A DNA stretch of 64,000 bases from an uncultured Candidatus Rokubacteria bacterium (GCA_963708025.1 CAVPSB010000010.1:145762-209761), one strand, 5' to 3'. Shown: positions 19,058 through 28,775, numbered from the stretch's first letter. The notes: generated from the letters alone by a model not told the origin. Numbers and translations are program-made.

Positions 19058-21801
19058 GGAGCTTCCGCGGCCTGCTGGTGGTCGTCCTCCTGATCGCCCT
19101 CTTCGCCGGGCTGGAGGCGGTGCCGTTCTTCACGGACTGGCTCTGGTTCGAGGAAGTCGGCTACAGCGCGGTGTTCCTGCGCGTGGTCGCGTTGCGCGGG
19201 GCGCTCTTCCTCGTCGTCGGGCTGGCCACCCTCCTCTTCGTCGGCGCCAACCTGCGCGCCGCCGCCTATGCCCGCCCCCCGGACGTCTTCTGGGAGCTGG
19301 AGGAGCCCCTGGGCCTGCCCAGCCGCCTGATCCTGGAGCCGCTCTTGCGACGCGCGCTGATCCCGTTCACGGTCGCGGTGGCCCTGCTGTTCGGGCTGAC
19401 CGCGAGCGCCGAGTGGCAGGCCCTCCTCGTCTACCAGCACGCCCAGTCCTTCGGGGGGGCCCCCGACCCGATCTTCCAGCGCGACATCGGCTTCTACGTC
19501 TTCACCCTCCCGCTGTGGCAGCGGGCCCTAGAGTGGGTCTTCCTGCTGATCGGGTTCACGTTTGGCGGGACCGCGCTGATCTACTTCCTCGGCCGCGTGC
19601 TGGTGCTGACCGCCCGCGGCCCGGTCATCACCGCGCGGGCCCGGGCCCACCTCCTCGGCCTGCTCGCTCTCCTGCTCTTCGCCAAGTCGCTCGATTTCTA
19701 CCTCGACCGGTTCGAGCTGCTCTACTCGCAGCGGGGCGCCGTCCTCGGGGCGATGTACACGGACGTCCATGCCACGCTCCCCGCGCTGTCGGGGCTCTCG
19801 ATCCTGGCCGCGCTGGTCGGGGTGGCCGCCCTGCTGCAGATCTTGCGGCGCGGGGCCCGGCCGGTTCTGGCCGGGGTCGTGGTCCTGGCCGCCGGATGGC
19901 TGGTGGGGCTCTGGGCGTATCCCGCGTTCGTGCAGCGGATCCGGGTGGCCCCGAACGCGCTGGTCGCCGAGAGCCCGTTCATCGGCCACCACATCCGCCT
20001 CACACGGCGGGCGTTCGCGCTGGACCGCATCGAGGAGCGCGACTTCCCGGCCCGGGAGTCCCTCGAGCCGGCGGATCTCGCCCGCAACGCGACGACGCTC
20101 AAGAACGTCCGGCTGTGGGACCGCGAGCCGCTTTTGCGCACGTTCGGCCAGCTCCAGGAGATCCGGACCTACTACCGCTTCGTGGACGTGGACAACGACC
20201 GGTACCGGATCGGGGACGAGTACCGGCAGGTGATGCTGTCGGCGCGCGAGCTCTCCTACCAGAACCTGCCGCGGGACGCCCAGGGCCGGGACGCCGACCG
20301 GCAGTGGATCAACGAGCACCTCCAGTACACCCACGGCTACGGGGTGGTCCTGGGGCCGGTCAACCGGATCACGACCGAAGGGCTCCCCGAGCTGTTCATC
20401 CGCGACATCCCGCCGGTGTCGAACATCCAACTCCGGATCACTCGGCCGGAGATCTACTTCGGCGAGACGGGCAACGAGTACGTCTTCGTCGGCACCCGCT
20501 CGCGCGAGATCGACTACCCCTCCGGCGACGAGAACGTGTACACGACGTACGAGGGGCGGGGCGGGGTGCCGGTCGGGAGCTTCGGCCGGCGGCTGCTGCT
20601 GGCCCTCCGGTTCGGGTCCTACCGCATCCTGCTGAGCGACGAGATCACCGCGCAGAGCCGGGCGATGTACTACCGGCAGATCGGCGAGCGCGTACGGCGG
20701 ATCGCGCCCTTTCTCCAGTTCGACGCGGACCCCTACCTGGTCATCCGCCAGGACGGCACCCTGGCGTGGATGATCGACGCCTACACCGTCACCACGCGCT
20801 TCCCCTACGCCGAGCGCGCCCCGGGCTTCGGCAACTACGTGCGGAACTCCGTCAAGGCCGTCGTCGACGCGTACCACGGCACCGTGCGCTTCTACCAGGC
20901 CGACACCCAGGACCCACTCGTCCGCGCCTACGGGGAGGCCTTCCCGGGGCTCTTCCGGCCGCTGGCCGAGATGCCAGCCGACCTGCGGGCCCACGTCCGG
21001 TACCCGACCGGCCTCTTCGCCGCCCAGGCTCGGATGTACGCGACCTACCACATGCAGGATCCCCGCGTCTTCTACAACAAGGAGGACCTGTGGTCGATCC
21101 CCCGGCGGACGGACGGCGGCCGGGAGCAGGACCTCGATCCCTACTTCACCATCATGCGGCTGCCGGGCGAGGCGCGGGAGGAGTTCGTCCTCCTGATGCT
21201 CTACACGCCACTGCGGCGGGACAACATGATCGCCTGGCTGGCCGCCCGCTCCGACGGTGACCACTACGGGCGGCTCAGCGCGTTCCTGTTCCCGAAGCAG
21301 CGCCTGGTCTACGGGCCCCGGCAGATCGCCGCCCGGATCGACCAGGACCCGGTGATCGCGCAGCAGCTCTCGCTCTGGAACCAGCGCGGCTCGACCGTCA
21401 TCCGGGGGAGCCTCCTCGCCATCCCCATCGAGGAGTCGCTCATCTACGTGGAGCCGATGTACCTGGCCGCCGAGAAGGGCTCGATCCCGGAGCTGAAGCG
21501 GGTGTTCGTCGCGTACGGCAACCAGATCGCGATGGAGGAGACCCTCGAGGCCTCGCTCCAGGCCATCTTCGGGCGCCGGCCGGCGCCGGGGCCGGTCTCG
21601 GTCCCCGAGGGGTCGCCGCGCCCGCCGGGCGGGGAGGGCGTGGGGGCGCTGGTCGGCCGGGCGTGGGAGGCCTGGAATCGCGCCCAGGACTCGCTGCGGC
21701 GCGGCGACTGGTCGGCGTACGGTGAGGCCCAGAAGCGGCTGGAGGAAGCGCTGCGCGCGCTGCGGGAGCGCGCCGGCCCACCTGCCTCCGCTCGCCAGTA
21801 G
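19054..21801 (+). CDS. UPF0182 family large membrane protein (N-terminal polytopic TM region + big extracytoplasmic domain)
   Basis: ATG at 19054 overlaps the GT2 stop. ~915 aa with an HLQYTHGYGVV motif typical of UPF0182. The ORF-track start 18646 is over-extended. Confidence 0.75.
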   Translation: MRSFRGLLVVVLLIALFAGLEAVPFFTDWLWFEEVGYSAVFLRVVALRGALFLVVGLATLLFVGANLRAAAYARPPDVFWELEEPLGLPSRLILEPLLRRALIPFTVAVALLFGLTASAEWQALLVYQHAQSFGGAPDPIFQRDIGFYVFTLPLWQRALEWVFLLIGFTFGGTALIYFLGRVLVLTARGPVITARARAHLLGLLALLLFAKSLDFYLDRFELLYSQRGAVLGAMYTDVHATLPALSGLSILAALVGVAALLQILRRGARPVLAGVVVLAAGWLVGLWAYPAFVQRIRVAPNALVAESPFIGHHIRLTRRAFALDRIEERDFPARESLEPADLARNATTLKNVRLWDREPLLRTFGQLQEIRTYYRFVDVDNDRYRIGDEYRQVMLSARELSYQNLPRDAQGRDADRQWINEHLQYTHGYGVVLGPVNRITTEGLPELFIRDIPPVSNIQLRITRPEIYFGETGNEYVFVGTRSREIDYPSGDENVYTTYEGRGGVPVGSFGRRLLLALRFGSYRILLSDEITAQSRAMYYRQIGERVRRIAPFLQFDADPYLVIRQDGTLAWMIDAYTVTTRFPYAERAPGFGNYVRNSVKAVVDAYHGTVRFYQADTQDPLVRAYGEAFPGLFRPLAEMPADLRAHVRYPTGLFAAQARMYATYHMQDPRVFYNKEDLWSIPRRTDGGREQDLDPYFTIMRLPGEAREEFVLLMLYTPLRRDNMIAWLAARSDGDHYGRLSAFLFPKQRLVYGPRQIAARIDQDPVIAQQLSLWNQRGSTVIRGSLLAIPIEESLIYVEPMYLAAEKGSIPELKRVFVAYGNQIAMEETLEASLQAIFGRRPAPGPVSVPEGSPRPPGGEGVGALVGRAWEAWNRAQDSLRRGDWSAYGEAQKRLEEALRALRERAGPPASARQ

Positions 21802-21904
21802 GCGCCTCGAGAGCCTTCTCAGACCCCGCGATGTTCTCAGGGGCCGAGTGAACCAATGTCGGCGGCTCTGACTTCTCGCCACCCGTCGGCTTCTCGCAAC
21901 CCTT

Positions 21905-22010
21905 TGACGCCGGCCACTCGGTCGTGGCGTTCCGCTCCGAGCCGCGGCTTCGCCGCGGCCTCCGAGGGGGGGCATCGGGGGGTCTTCCGAGACCCCCCCG
22001 ATAAGCTCTC
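21905..22010 (-). repeat. REP-like element family 2, inverted/composite copy
   Basis: Reverse-complement arrangement ...GCGGCTTCGCCGCGGCCTCCGAGGGGGGGCATCGGGGGGTCTTCCGAGACCCCCCC, plus a forward fragment GGCCACTCGGTCGTGGCG. Sits between the convergent UPF0182 and lptFG genes. Confidence 0.7.
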
Positions 22011-24357
22011 AGGTCCGGGCGCGGAGGTACAGGAAGAGCCCGAGCGACGCGAACAGGAAGTTGGCCGACCACGCCGCCACGATCGGGGGCAGCACGTCCG
22101 TCCGAGCCAGCGCCACCGCCGCCGAGTGGACGACGAAGTAGGCGAGCCCCAGCGCCAGACAGAGGGCGATGCCGATGATCCGGCCCCCGCGGGGCGACTG
22201 CAGGGCGAACGGGATCCCGACCAGCACCATGATCAGGTGCGCGAACGGATAGGACATCTTCGCGTAGAGGTCCACCAGGTACTTGCCGACCTTGTGGCCC
22301 CCCTCCTGCAGCCGGCTGATATACTCCCGTAGCTCGATGTAGTTCATCACGTCCGGCGCCTTCGGGACCTGGGCGAAGTCGGCGAAGCGCTCGGGGAGCC
22401 GCAGGGGCTGCTCCCGGTACCCCTGGACCCGGTCGGGCTGGCCGCGCTCGAACTCGCGGAGGACGCCGTCCCGTAGCTCCCAGGTCTGGTCCGACTCCCG
22501 CCAGCGCATGACACGGGAATCCCACCGGCGGTGGATGCCGAAGTCCCGATCCAGCTCGAGGACCGACGTCCCACTCATCTCCTGGTTGGCCGGGTCGAGC
22601 AGTTCGATGTGGTAGATGCGGCTCTCGCTGGCCCCGCCCTCCTTGCCGCGGTACCAGATCTGGCTCCGCTTCTGGAGGTGCGGGAGGGTGCGTCGTTTGA
22701 TCTTGCTCTCGTCGACCTCGGTGCCCTTCTGGTTCAGCACCGGCAACAGGATCTCCTGGAAGGACAGGGCGGCCACCGTCACGATGGCCGCCAGGCCGAA
22801 CACCGGCAGGCTCACCCGGTAGAGACTGATCCCGCAAGCCTTCAGGGCGGTCAGCTCGTTGCTTCGGGAGAGGTTGAGGAACAGGAGGATCGTGCTCATG
22901 AGCACCACGATGTGGAGCCCCTGGTAGACGAACGGCGGCGTGCGATAGATGAAGTGCTCGATGATGTACCACACTGGGGGCTTTTGCCGGATGTACCGGT
23001 CGAGGGTGGTCATGAGGTCGCCGACGATCACCACCACCGTGGCTAGCGCAAGGCCGTAGACGAAGAAGGTCAGGAACTCGCGGGAGAGATAGCGGTCCAC
23101 GATGTGGAGGGCGTTGCTCCGGGCGACCCGACGCAGCCGTCGGCGCAGGCGGCGGCCGCTCGCGCGGTGTGCCGGTCGCTGGAAGCGGAGCCGGCGCACG
23201 GCGCGGGCGGCGGCGGCGAACATCTGCTGCCGGGCGGCGACGAAGGGCAGCGGCCGCTCCTTGACGTTGGCCCACAGAAGATACAGGCCGAGGGCCCCGA
23301 CCACCACGTTGGGCGTCCACATCGCGGCCCACGCCGGGATCCGGCGGGCGTCGCCGAGCGTCTCGCCCACCGTCAGGAAGATGTAGTAGAAGAGGACGAC
23401 CGGGAGCAGCACCACGAAGGCGGCCCAGCGGCCGCCGCGGTGGGCGCGGATGCCGAGCGGCACGCCCACGATGGCGAAGACGAGACAGGCCGACGGGATG
23501 GCGTACTTCTTGTGGATCTCGACCAGGTACGGGGCGGAGTTGGCGCCGACGGCGCCGGCCCGGGCGGCGTTCTCGTGGAGCTCGGTCAGCGACATCTCCC
23601 GGTCGCCCTTGGGGGCGTCGCCCGACTTGACCAGCGGGTTCTCCAGCGTCAGCGTGAGGTCGTAGAGCCGGAACATCACCTGCCGGTATTTCTGCAGGGT
23701 GCGGGGACCGGTCTCGTGGACGGTGCCGTTGACGAGGCGGAGCGTCACCCGCCGGTTGACCTCGTCGGACAGGAGGCGGCCTTCCTTGGCGGTGATCAGC
23801 CGGATCCCGTCGGGGTTGCGCTCGTCGGCCACGAAGACGTTCCGGAGACCGATCTGATCGGGCGCCATCTCCTCGATGTAGATGACGAAGTTCCCGAAGG
23901 TGTCGTTGAAGATGCGCTCCTTGAGGCCGACCGAGGCCTGGGTGCGGAGGATGTCGAAGACGAGGGATTTGAACGCGTAGTTGGCGCGGGGGACCGCCTC
24001 GATCATGAGCCAGCCGGTCAGGACGCCGGTGGCGGCGGCGAAGACCAGGACCGGGCGGAGCAGGCGGAGCGGGCTCACTCCCGACGCCTTGAGGGCCACG
24101 ATCTCCATGTCGGCCGACAGGCGTCCGAACGCCACCAGGATGGCCAGCAGGAAGCCGATCGGGATGGTGAGGACGAGGAAGGCCGGCAGGATGTAGGCGA
24201 GCAGCAGGGCCACCAGGTACACCGGCACGCCCTTGTTGATGATGAGGTCGGTGAGGTCGAAGATCTTGTCGAGGAGCAGCAGGAAGGTGAAGACGAAGAT
24301 TCCGAGGACGAACGGGAACAGAAGCTCCTTCCACACGTAGCGGTCGATGATCTTCAC
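22009..24357 (-). CDS. fused LPS export permease LptF-LptG (two YjgP/YjgQ modules in one 782-aa ORF)
   Basis: First half MKIIDRYVWKELLFPF... (LptF-like), second half ...HIVDRYLSREFLTFF... (LptG-like). The halves are joined by an Arg-rich linker with no intervening stop. Confidence 0.8.
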   Translation of the reverse strand: MKIIDRYVWKELLFPFVLGIFVFTFLLLLDKIFDLTDLIINKGVPVYLVALLLAYILPAFLVLTIPIGFLLAILVAFGRLSADMEIVALKASGVSPLRLLRPVLVFAAATGVLTGWLMIEAVPRANYAFKSLVFDILRTQASVGLKERIFNDTFGNFVIYIEEMAPDQIGLRNVFVADERNPDGIRLITAKEGRLLSDEVNRRVTLRLVNGTVHETGPRTLQKYRQVMFRLYDLTLTLENPLVKSGDAPKGDREMSLTELHENAARAGAVGANSAPYLVEIHKKYAIPSACLVFAIVGVPLGIRAHRGGRWAAFVVLLPVVLFYYIFLTVGETLGDARRIPAWAAMWTPNVVVGALGLYLLWANVKERPLPFVAARQQMFAAAARAVRRLRFQRPAHRASGRRLRRRLRRVARSNALHIVDRYLSREFLTFFVYGLALATVVVIVGDLMTTLDRYIRQKPPVWYIIEHFIYRTPPFVYQGLHIVVLMSTILLFLNLSRSNELTALKACGISLYRVSLPVFGLAAIVTVAALSFQEILLPVLNQKGTEVDESKIKRRTLPHLQKRSQIWYRGKEGGASESRIYHIELLDPANQEMSGTSVLELDRDFGIHRRWDSRVMRWRESDQTWELRDGVLREFERGQPDRVQGYREQPLRLPERFADFAQVPKAPDVMNYIELREYISRLQEGGHKVGKYLVDLYAKMSYPFAHLIMVLVGIPFALQSPRGGRIIGIALCLALGLAYFVVHSAAVALARTDVLPPIVAAWSANFLFASLGLFLYLRART

Positions 24358-24449
24358 GCGGCGTCCTCGGTGGTCATTCTAGCAGGCGCCGCGTGCCGAT
24401 CGGCCACCGGATCGCCCCCCGGCACCCGCGTCCGGAGCGGAATGCTACA

Positions 24450-27149
24450 ATGACCCCCATGTCGGATGCGTCCACCCCCGACCGCTCCGAGCCGGGCAGC
24501 GCCGCCCCGGCGGTCGCGCTGCCCGACCGCTACGACCCGCGCCAGGCCGAGGAGCGCTGGTACCGGGTCTGGGAGGAGCGGGGCTACTTCCGGGCCGACC
24601 CCTTCTCGAAGGCGAAGCCCTACTGCATCGTCATCCCGCCCCCCAACGTCACCGGCTCGCTCCACGTTGGCCACGCCCTGGACATCACGCTCCAGGACAT
24701 CCTGATCCGCTGGAAGCGGATGGACGGCTTCAACACCCTCTGGCAGCCGGGAACGGACCACGCCGGGATCGCCACCCAGGTGGTGGTCGAGCGGCAGCTG
24801 GTGGCCGAGGGGACCACCCGGGAGGCGCTCGGACGCGAGGCCTTCGTCAAGCGGGTCTGGCAGTGGAAGGAGCAGTCCGGCGGCACCATCGTCCGACAGC
24901 TCAAGCGGCTCGGCGCCTCGTGCGACTGGGAGCGGGAGCGCTTCACGATGGACCCGGGCCTCTCGGCGGCGGTCCGCGAGGTCTTCGTGCGGCTGTGGGA
25001 GGACGGGCTGATCTACCGGGGCGACTACATCGTCAACTGGTGCCCCCGGTGCCGGACGGTCCTCTCCAACGAGGAGGTCGAGCACGAGGAGCGGGACGCC
25101 GAGCTCTACTACATCAAGTACGGCCCCCTCACCCTGGCCACGGTGCGGCCCGAGACCAAGCTCGGCGACACCGCCCTGGCCGTGCACCCGAAGGATCGGC
25201 GCTACGCCCGGTACGTGGGACAGACCCTGACCATCCCCTCGGTCGAGGGCACGATCGAGATGAAGGTCGTGGCCGACGCGGCGGTGGACCCGAAGTTCGG
25301 CACCGGGGTGATCAAGGTGACGCCGGGCCACGACCCCGTTGACTTCGAGATCGGCCGCCGCCACGGGCTCGAGGTGCGGCAGGTGATCGACGTCGACGCC
25401 CGGATGAACGAGCGGGCGGGGAAGTACCGCGGGCTCGATCGCTTCGAGGCCCGGCGGACGATCGTCGAGGACATGCGGGGGCTCGGCCTGATCGAGAAGG
25501 TGGAGCCGTACCGGCACCGGGTCGGCGTCTGCTACCGCTGTAAGACCGTGGTGGAGCCGCTCGTCTCCAAGCAGTGGTACGTCCGCACGAAGCCCCTGGC
25601 CGAGCCCGCGATCGCCGCCGTGCGCCAGGGCCGGACGCGGATCGTCCCCCGGCAGTGGACCAAGACGTATCACGCCTGGATGGGGAACATCCGCGACTGG
25701 TGCATCTCGCGCCAGCTCTGGTGGGGGCACCGGCTCCCGGTCTGGTACTGCGACGCCGACGGGAGCGTGCACGTCTCCCGCGAGGACCCCACCGAGTGTC
25801 CGCAGTGCCACGGCCCGCTCCGCCAGGACGAGGACGTCCTCGACACCTGGTTCTCGTCGGCCCTGTGGCCGTTCTCCACGCTCGGCTGGCCCCGCGAGAC
25901 GCCGGAGCTGAAGACGTTCTATCCGACCTCGTGCCTGGTGACCGGCTTCGACATCCTCTTCTTCTGGGTGGCCCGCATGATGATGATGGGCCTCCGCTTC
26001 ATGGGGGAGGTCCCGTTCCGCGACGTGTACATCCACGCCCTGGTGCGGGACATCGAAGGCCAGAAGATGTCGAAGTCCCGGGGGAACGTGGTCGATCCGC
26101 TGGAAGTCATGGAGCAGTACGGGACCGACGCCCTGCGCTTCACGCTGGCCGCGCTCGCCGCCCAGGGCCGGGACATCCGCCTGTCCGGCGAGCGGGTCGA
26201 GGGCTACCGGAACTTCGCCAACAAGATCTGGAATGCCGCTCGGTTCGTCCTCGCCAACCTCGGCGACTACCGGCCGCGCGCCCGCAAGGCCGCGCCGACG
26301 CTGGCCGACCGGTGGATCCTGAGCCGGCTGGCGCGGACGATCTCCGACGTGCAGCGGGCCCTGAAGGCCTATCGATTCAACGAGGCGGCCGGCGCGCTCT
26401 ACCAGTTCCTCTGGCACGACTACTGCGACTGGTACCTCGAGTGGTCCAAGCTGACGCTCTATCGCGGTGACGACCCCGCCGCCCGGGCTCGGACCCAGGC
26501 GACCCTCCTGGAGGTGCTGGAGATTACCCTCCGGCTCCTGCACCCCTTCATGCCCTTCATCACCGAGGAGATCTGGCAGAAGCTGCCGAAGGGGCGGGGG
26601 GCGCCCGACAGCATCATGGCCGCCCGCTTCCCGCGGCGGCGACGGATGGACCCGACCGCCGAGGCGGAGTTCGGCCCGATCATCGACGCGGTCACGAAGA
26701 TCCGGAACATCCGCAGCGAGATGCAGATCCCACCCGCGCGGCCGCTGACCGCGCTGATCCGGCCGCGGACGGCGGCGCTGGAGGGTATCTTACAAAACTG
26801 CCTGGCGTCCATCGCCGCGCTCGCCCGGGCCGACCTGCGGGTGGACCGGGAGATCGTCCGCCCCACGAAATCGGCCATCGCCGTGAGCGAGGCGGGGGAG
26901 GTCTACGTTCCGCTCGAGGGCGTGATCGATGTCGGGGCCGAGCGTCGGCGGCTCGAGCGGGAGCTGGGCCGCGCCGAGGAGGAGCTGGGCCGGCTGGACG
27001 GCAAGCTCGGGCGCGCCGAGTTCCGCGAGCGGGCGCCGGCCGAGGTCGTGGCGCGGGAGGAGGCGCGGCGGGCCGAGCACGCGGCCCTGGCCGCCAGGCT
27101 CCGGGAGGCCCTGGGGCGGCTCGATGCGCTGGGCGAGTCTGGCGCCTGA
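24450..27149 (+). CDS. valS: valine--tRNA ligase
   Basis: HIGH-type motif PNVTGSLHVGHA, KMSKS motif, C-terminal coiled-coil. The internal ATG is preferred over the ORF-track start 24393. Confidence 0.95.
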   Translation: MTPMSDASTPDRSEPGSAAPAVALPDRYDPRQAEERWYRVWEERGYFRADPFSKAKPYCIVIPPPNVTGSLHVGHALDITLQDILIRWKRMDGFNTLWQPGTDHAGIATQVVVERQLVAEGTTREALGREAFVKRVWQWKEQSGGTIVRQLKRLGASCDWERERFTMDPGLSAAVREVFVRLWEDGLIYRGDYIVNWCPRCRTVLSNEEVEHEERDAELYYIKYGPLTLATVRPETKLGDTALAVHPKDRRYARYVGQTLTIPSVEGTIEMKVVADAAVDPKFGTGVIKVTPGHDPVDFEIGRRHGLEVRQVIDVDARMNERAGKYRGLDRFEARRTIVEDMRGLGLIEKVEPYRHRVGVCYRCKTVVEPLVSKQWYVRTKPLAEPAIAAVRQGRTRIVPRQWTKTYHAWMGNIRDWCISRQLWWGHRLPVWYCDADGSVHVSREDPTECPQCHGPLRQDEDVLDTWFSSALWPFSTLGWPRETPELKTFYPTSCLVTGFDILFFWVARMMMMGLRFMGEVPFRDVYIHALVRDIEGQKMSKSRGNVVDPLEVMEQYGTDALRFTLAALAAQGRDIRLSGERVEGYRNFANKIWNAARFVLANLGDYRPRARKAAPTLADRWILSRLARTISDVQRALKAYRFNEAAGALYQFLWHDYCDWYLEWSKLTLYRGDDPAARARTQATLLEVLEITLRLLHPFMPFITEEIWQKLPKGRGAPDSIMAARFPRRRRMDPTAEAEFGPIIDAVTKIRNIRSEMQIPPARPLTALIRPRTAALEGILQNCLASIAALARADLRVDREIVRPTKSAIAVSEAGEVYVPLEGVIDVGAERRRLERELGRAEEELGRLDGKLGRAEFRERAPAEVVAREEARRAEHAALAARLREALGRLDALGESGA

Positions 27150-27789
27150 CCTCGCCCCCGATCCCGAGCTGACGGCGGCCTTCGCCGGCTGCCTCCCCGG
27201 GGGGCGGCTGGCCGGGCCGCTCCTCGCCTTCGCCGCCGTCGACTCGACGCAGACCATCGGCCGCCGCCTCGCCGCCGAGGGCGCGCCGGAGGGGACGGTG
27301 ATCGTCGCCGACGCCCAGCGGGCCGGGCGCGGGCAGCGGGGGCGGACCTGGACGGCGCCCCCCGGCGCCGGCCTGCTCGTCTCCTGTCTGCTGCGGCCGC
27401 CGCTCCCTCCGTCCCGCTGGCCCACGCTGACGCTGGTGGGGGCCGCCGCCGTGGTCGACGCGGTCCGCGACCTGACGGGCATCCCGGCCCGGCTCAAGTG
27501 GCCGAACGACGTCCTCGTGGAGGAGCGGAAGCTGGCCGGGGTGCTGGCCGAGAGCGTCGTGAGCCCGGCCCCTTTCATCGTGATGGGCCTCGGGGTCAAC
27601 GTGGGGCAGCGGGCCGAGGCTTGGCCCCCGGAGCTCCGGGGCCGCGCCGTCTCCCTGGCCGAGCTCGGGCACCCGGTCCCTCGCGCCAATCTCCTGGCCG
27701 CCCTGCTGGCGCGGATCGAGACGCGGTACGAAGCCTACCTGGCGGGCGCCCCGGGCGATCGGCTCGCGGGGACACCCGGTCGCCGCTGA
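27124..27789 (+). CDS. birA: biotin--[acetyl-CoA-carboxylase] ligase (class I, no HTH)
   Basis: GRGRRGR and KWPNDV motifs. ATG at 27124 overlaps the valS 3' end by 26 nt. Confidence 0.85.
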   Translation: MRWASLAPDLAPDPELTAAFAGCLPGGRLAGPLLAFAAVDSTQTIGRRLAAEGAPEGTVIVADAQRAGRGQRGRTWTAPPGAGLLVSCLLRPPLPPSRWPTLTLVGAAAVVDAVRDLTGIPARLKWPNDVLVEERKLAGVLAESVVSPAPFIVMGLGVNVGQRAEAWPPELRGRAVSLAELGHPVPRANLLAALLARIETRYEAYLAGAPGDRLAGTPGRR

Positions 27790-28595
27790 TGCTCCTGGTG
27801 ATCGACGTCGGCAACACCAACACCAAGCTCGGCGTCTACGCGGGGCCGCGCCTGGTGGCCTCCTCGCGCCTCACCACGCGGCGGGAGCAGACGGCGGACG
27901 AGTACGGCGTCTATACCCAGACGCTCCTGCGGGACCGCGGGATCGATCCGGGCGACATCACCGGCGTCGCGCTCTCCTCCACGGTGCCCCGGGTGCAGGG
28001 GACCCTGGAGGAGATGGCGCTCCGGTACTTCCGGGTGACCGCGCTGGTGGTCGAGCCGGGCGTGAACGTCCCTGTCCCGATCCTCGTCGACTACCCGCGC
28101 GAGGTGGGACCGGATCGGGTGGTGAAGGTGGTGGCGGCCGTCGAGCTGTACCGCCCGCCGCTCATCATCATCGACTTCGGCACCGCCACCGTCTTCGACT
28201 GCGTCTCCGCGCGCGGCGAGTTCATCGGGGGCGCGATCGCCCCGGGCATCGCGATCGCCAGCGAGGCGCTGACGTCGAGGGCGGCCCGGCTGTTCGGGGT
28301 CGAGCTGACGCGGCCGAAGGAGGCGATCGGCCGGAACACCGTGACGAACATCCAGTCGGGCATCATCTACGGCTACGCGGGGCTCGTCGATGGCCTGGTC
28401 GACCGGATGCGGGTGGAGATGGGCGGAACCGTCACCGTGGTGGCGACCGGCGGGCTCGTCGGGCTGATCCAGCCGGTGGCCGCCTCGATCCAGATCGTGA
28501 ACCCGCACCTCACCCTCGAGGGCCTGCGGCTCGTCTACGAGCGGGCCGCCCCGGCGAGCGGATCGCCGCCAGCGAGCGGGCCCCGCCCAGCTTGA
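27789..28595 (+). CDS. coaX: type III pantothenate kinase
   Basis: MLLVIDVGNTNTK... ATG overlaps the birA stop. ASKHA fold motifs. Confidence 0.85.
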   Translation: MLLVIDVGNTNTKLGVYAGPRLVASSRLTTRREQTADEYGVYTQTLLRDRGIDPGDITGVALSSTVPRVQGTLEEMALRYFRVTALVVEPGVNVPVPILVDYPREVGPDRVVKVVAAVELYRPPLIIIDFGTATVFDCVSARGEFIGGAIAPGIAIASEALTSRAARLFGVELTRPKEAIGRNTVTNIQSGIIYGYAGLVDGLVDRMRVEMGGTVTVVATGGLVGLIQPVAASIQIVNPHLTLEGLRLVYERAAPASGSPPASGPRPA

Positions 28596-28621
28596 CACCG
28601 CGTGGGGGCGGCACCTATAAT
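28592..28621 (+). promoter_or_regulatory. sigma-70-type promoter upstream of guaB-family/guaA
   Basis: TTGACA (28592-28597), 18-bp spacer, TATAAT (28616-28621). Rare perfect consensus hexamers in a 70% GC genome. ~150-nt GC-rich leader precedes the ATG at 28776. Confidence 0.6.
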
Positions 28622-28775
28622 CTCCCAACATCTTGGGGGGTCGGGGCGGGGTGATCCCAACCGGTAGCGGAGCAGGCCGGAGCGTGGTGGGCCGAGGACG
28701 GAGCCGCCCTGGGACTCGGGTGGGACGACGGGATGCGACGGCCATCGGCCCGGCGGCCTGAGGAGGACTGAGGGC

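Noticed and set aside
23100-23230. Treating lptF and lptG as two separate genes
   Set aside because: There is no in-frame stop between the modules, and no SD-preceded start for the second module. Kept as a fusion, with the caveat that a lost stop or sequencing error cannot be excluded.
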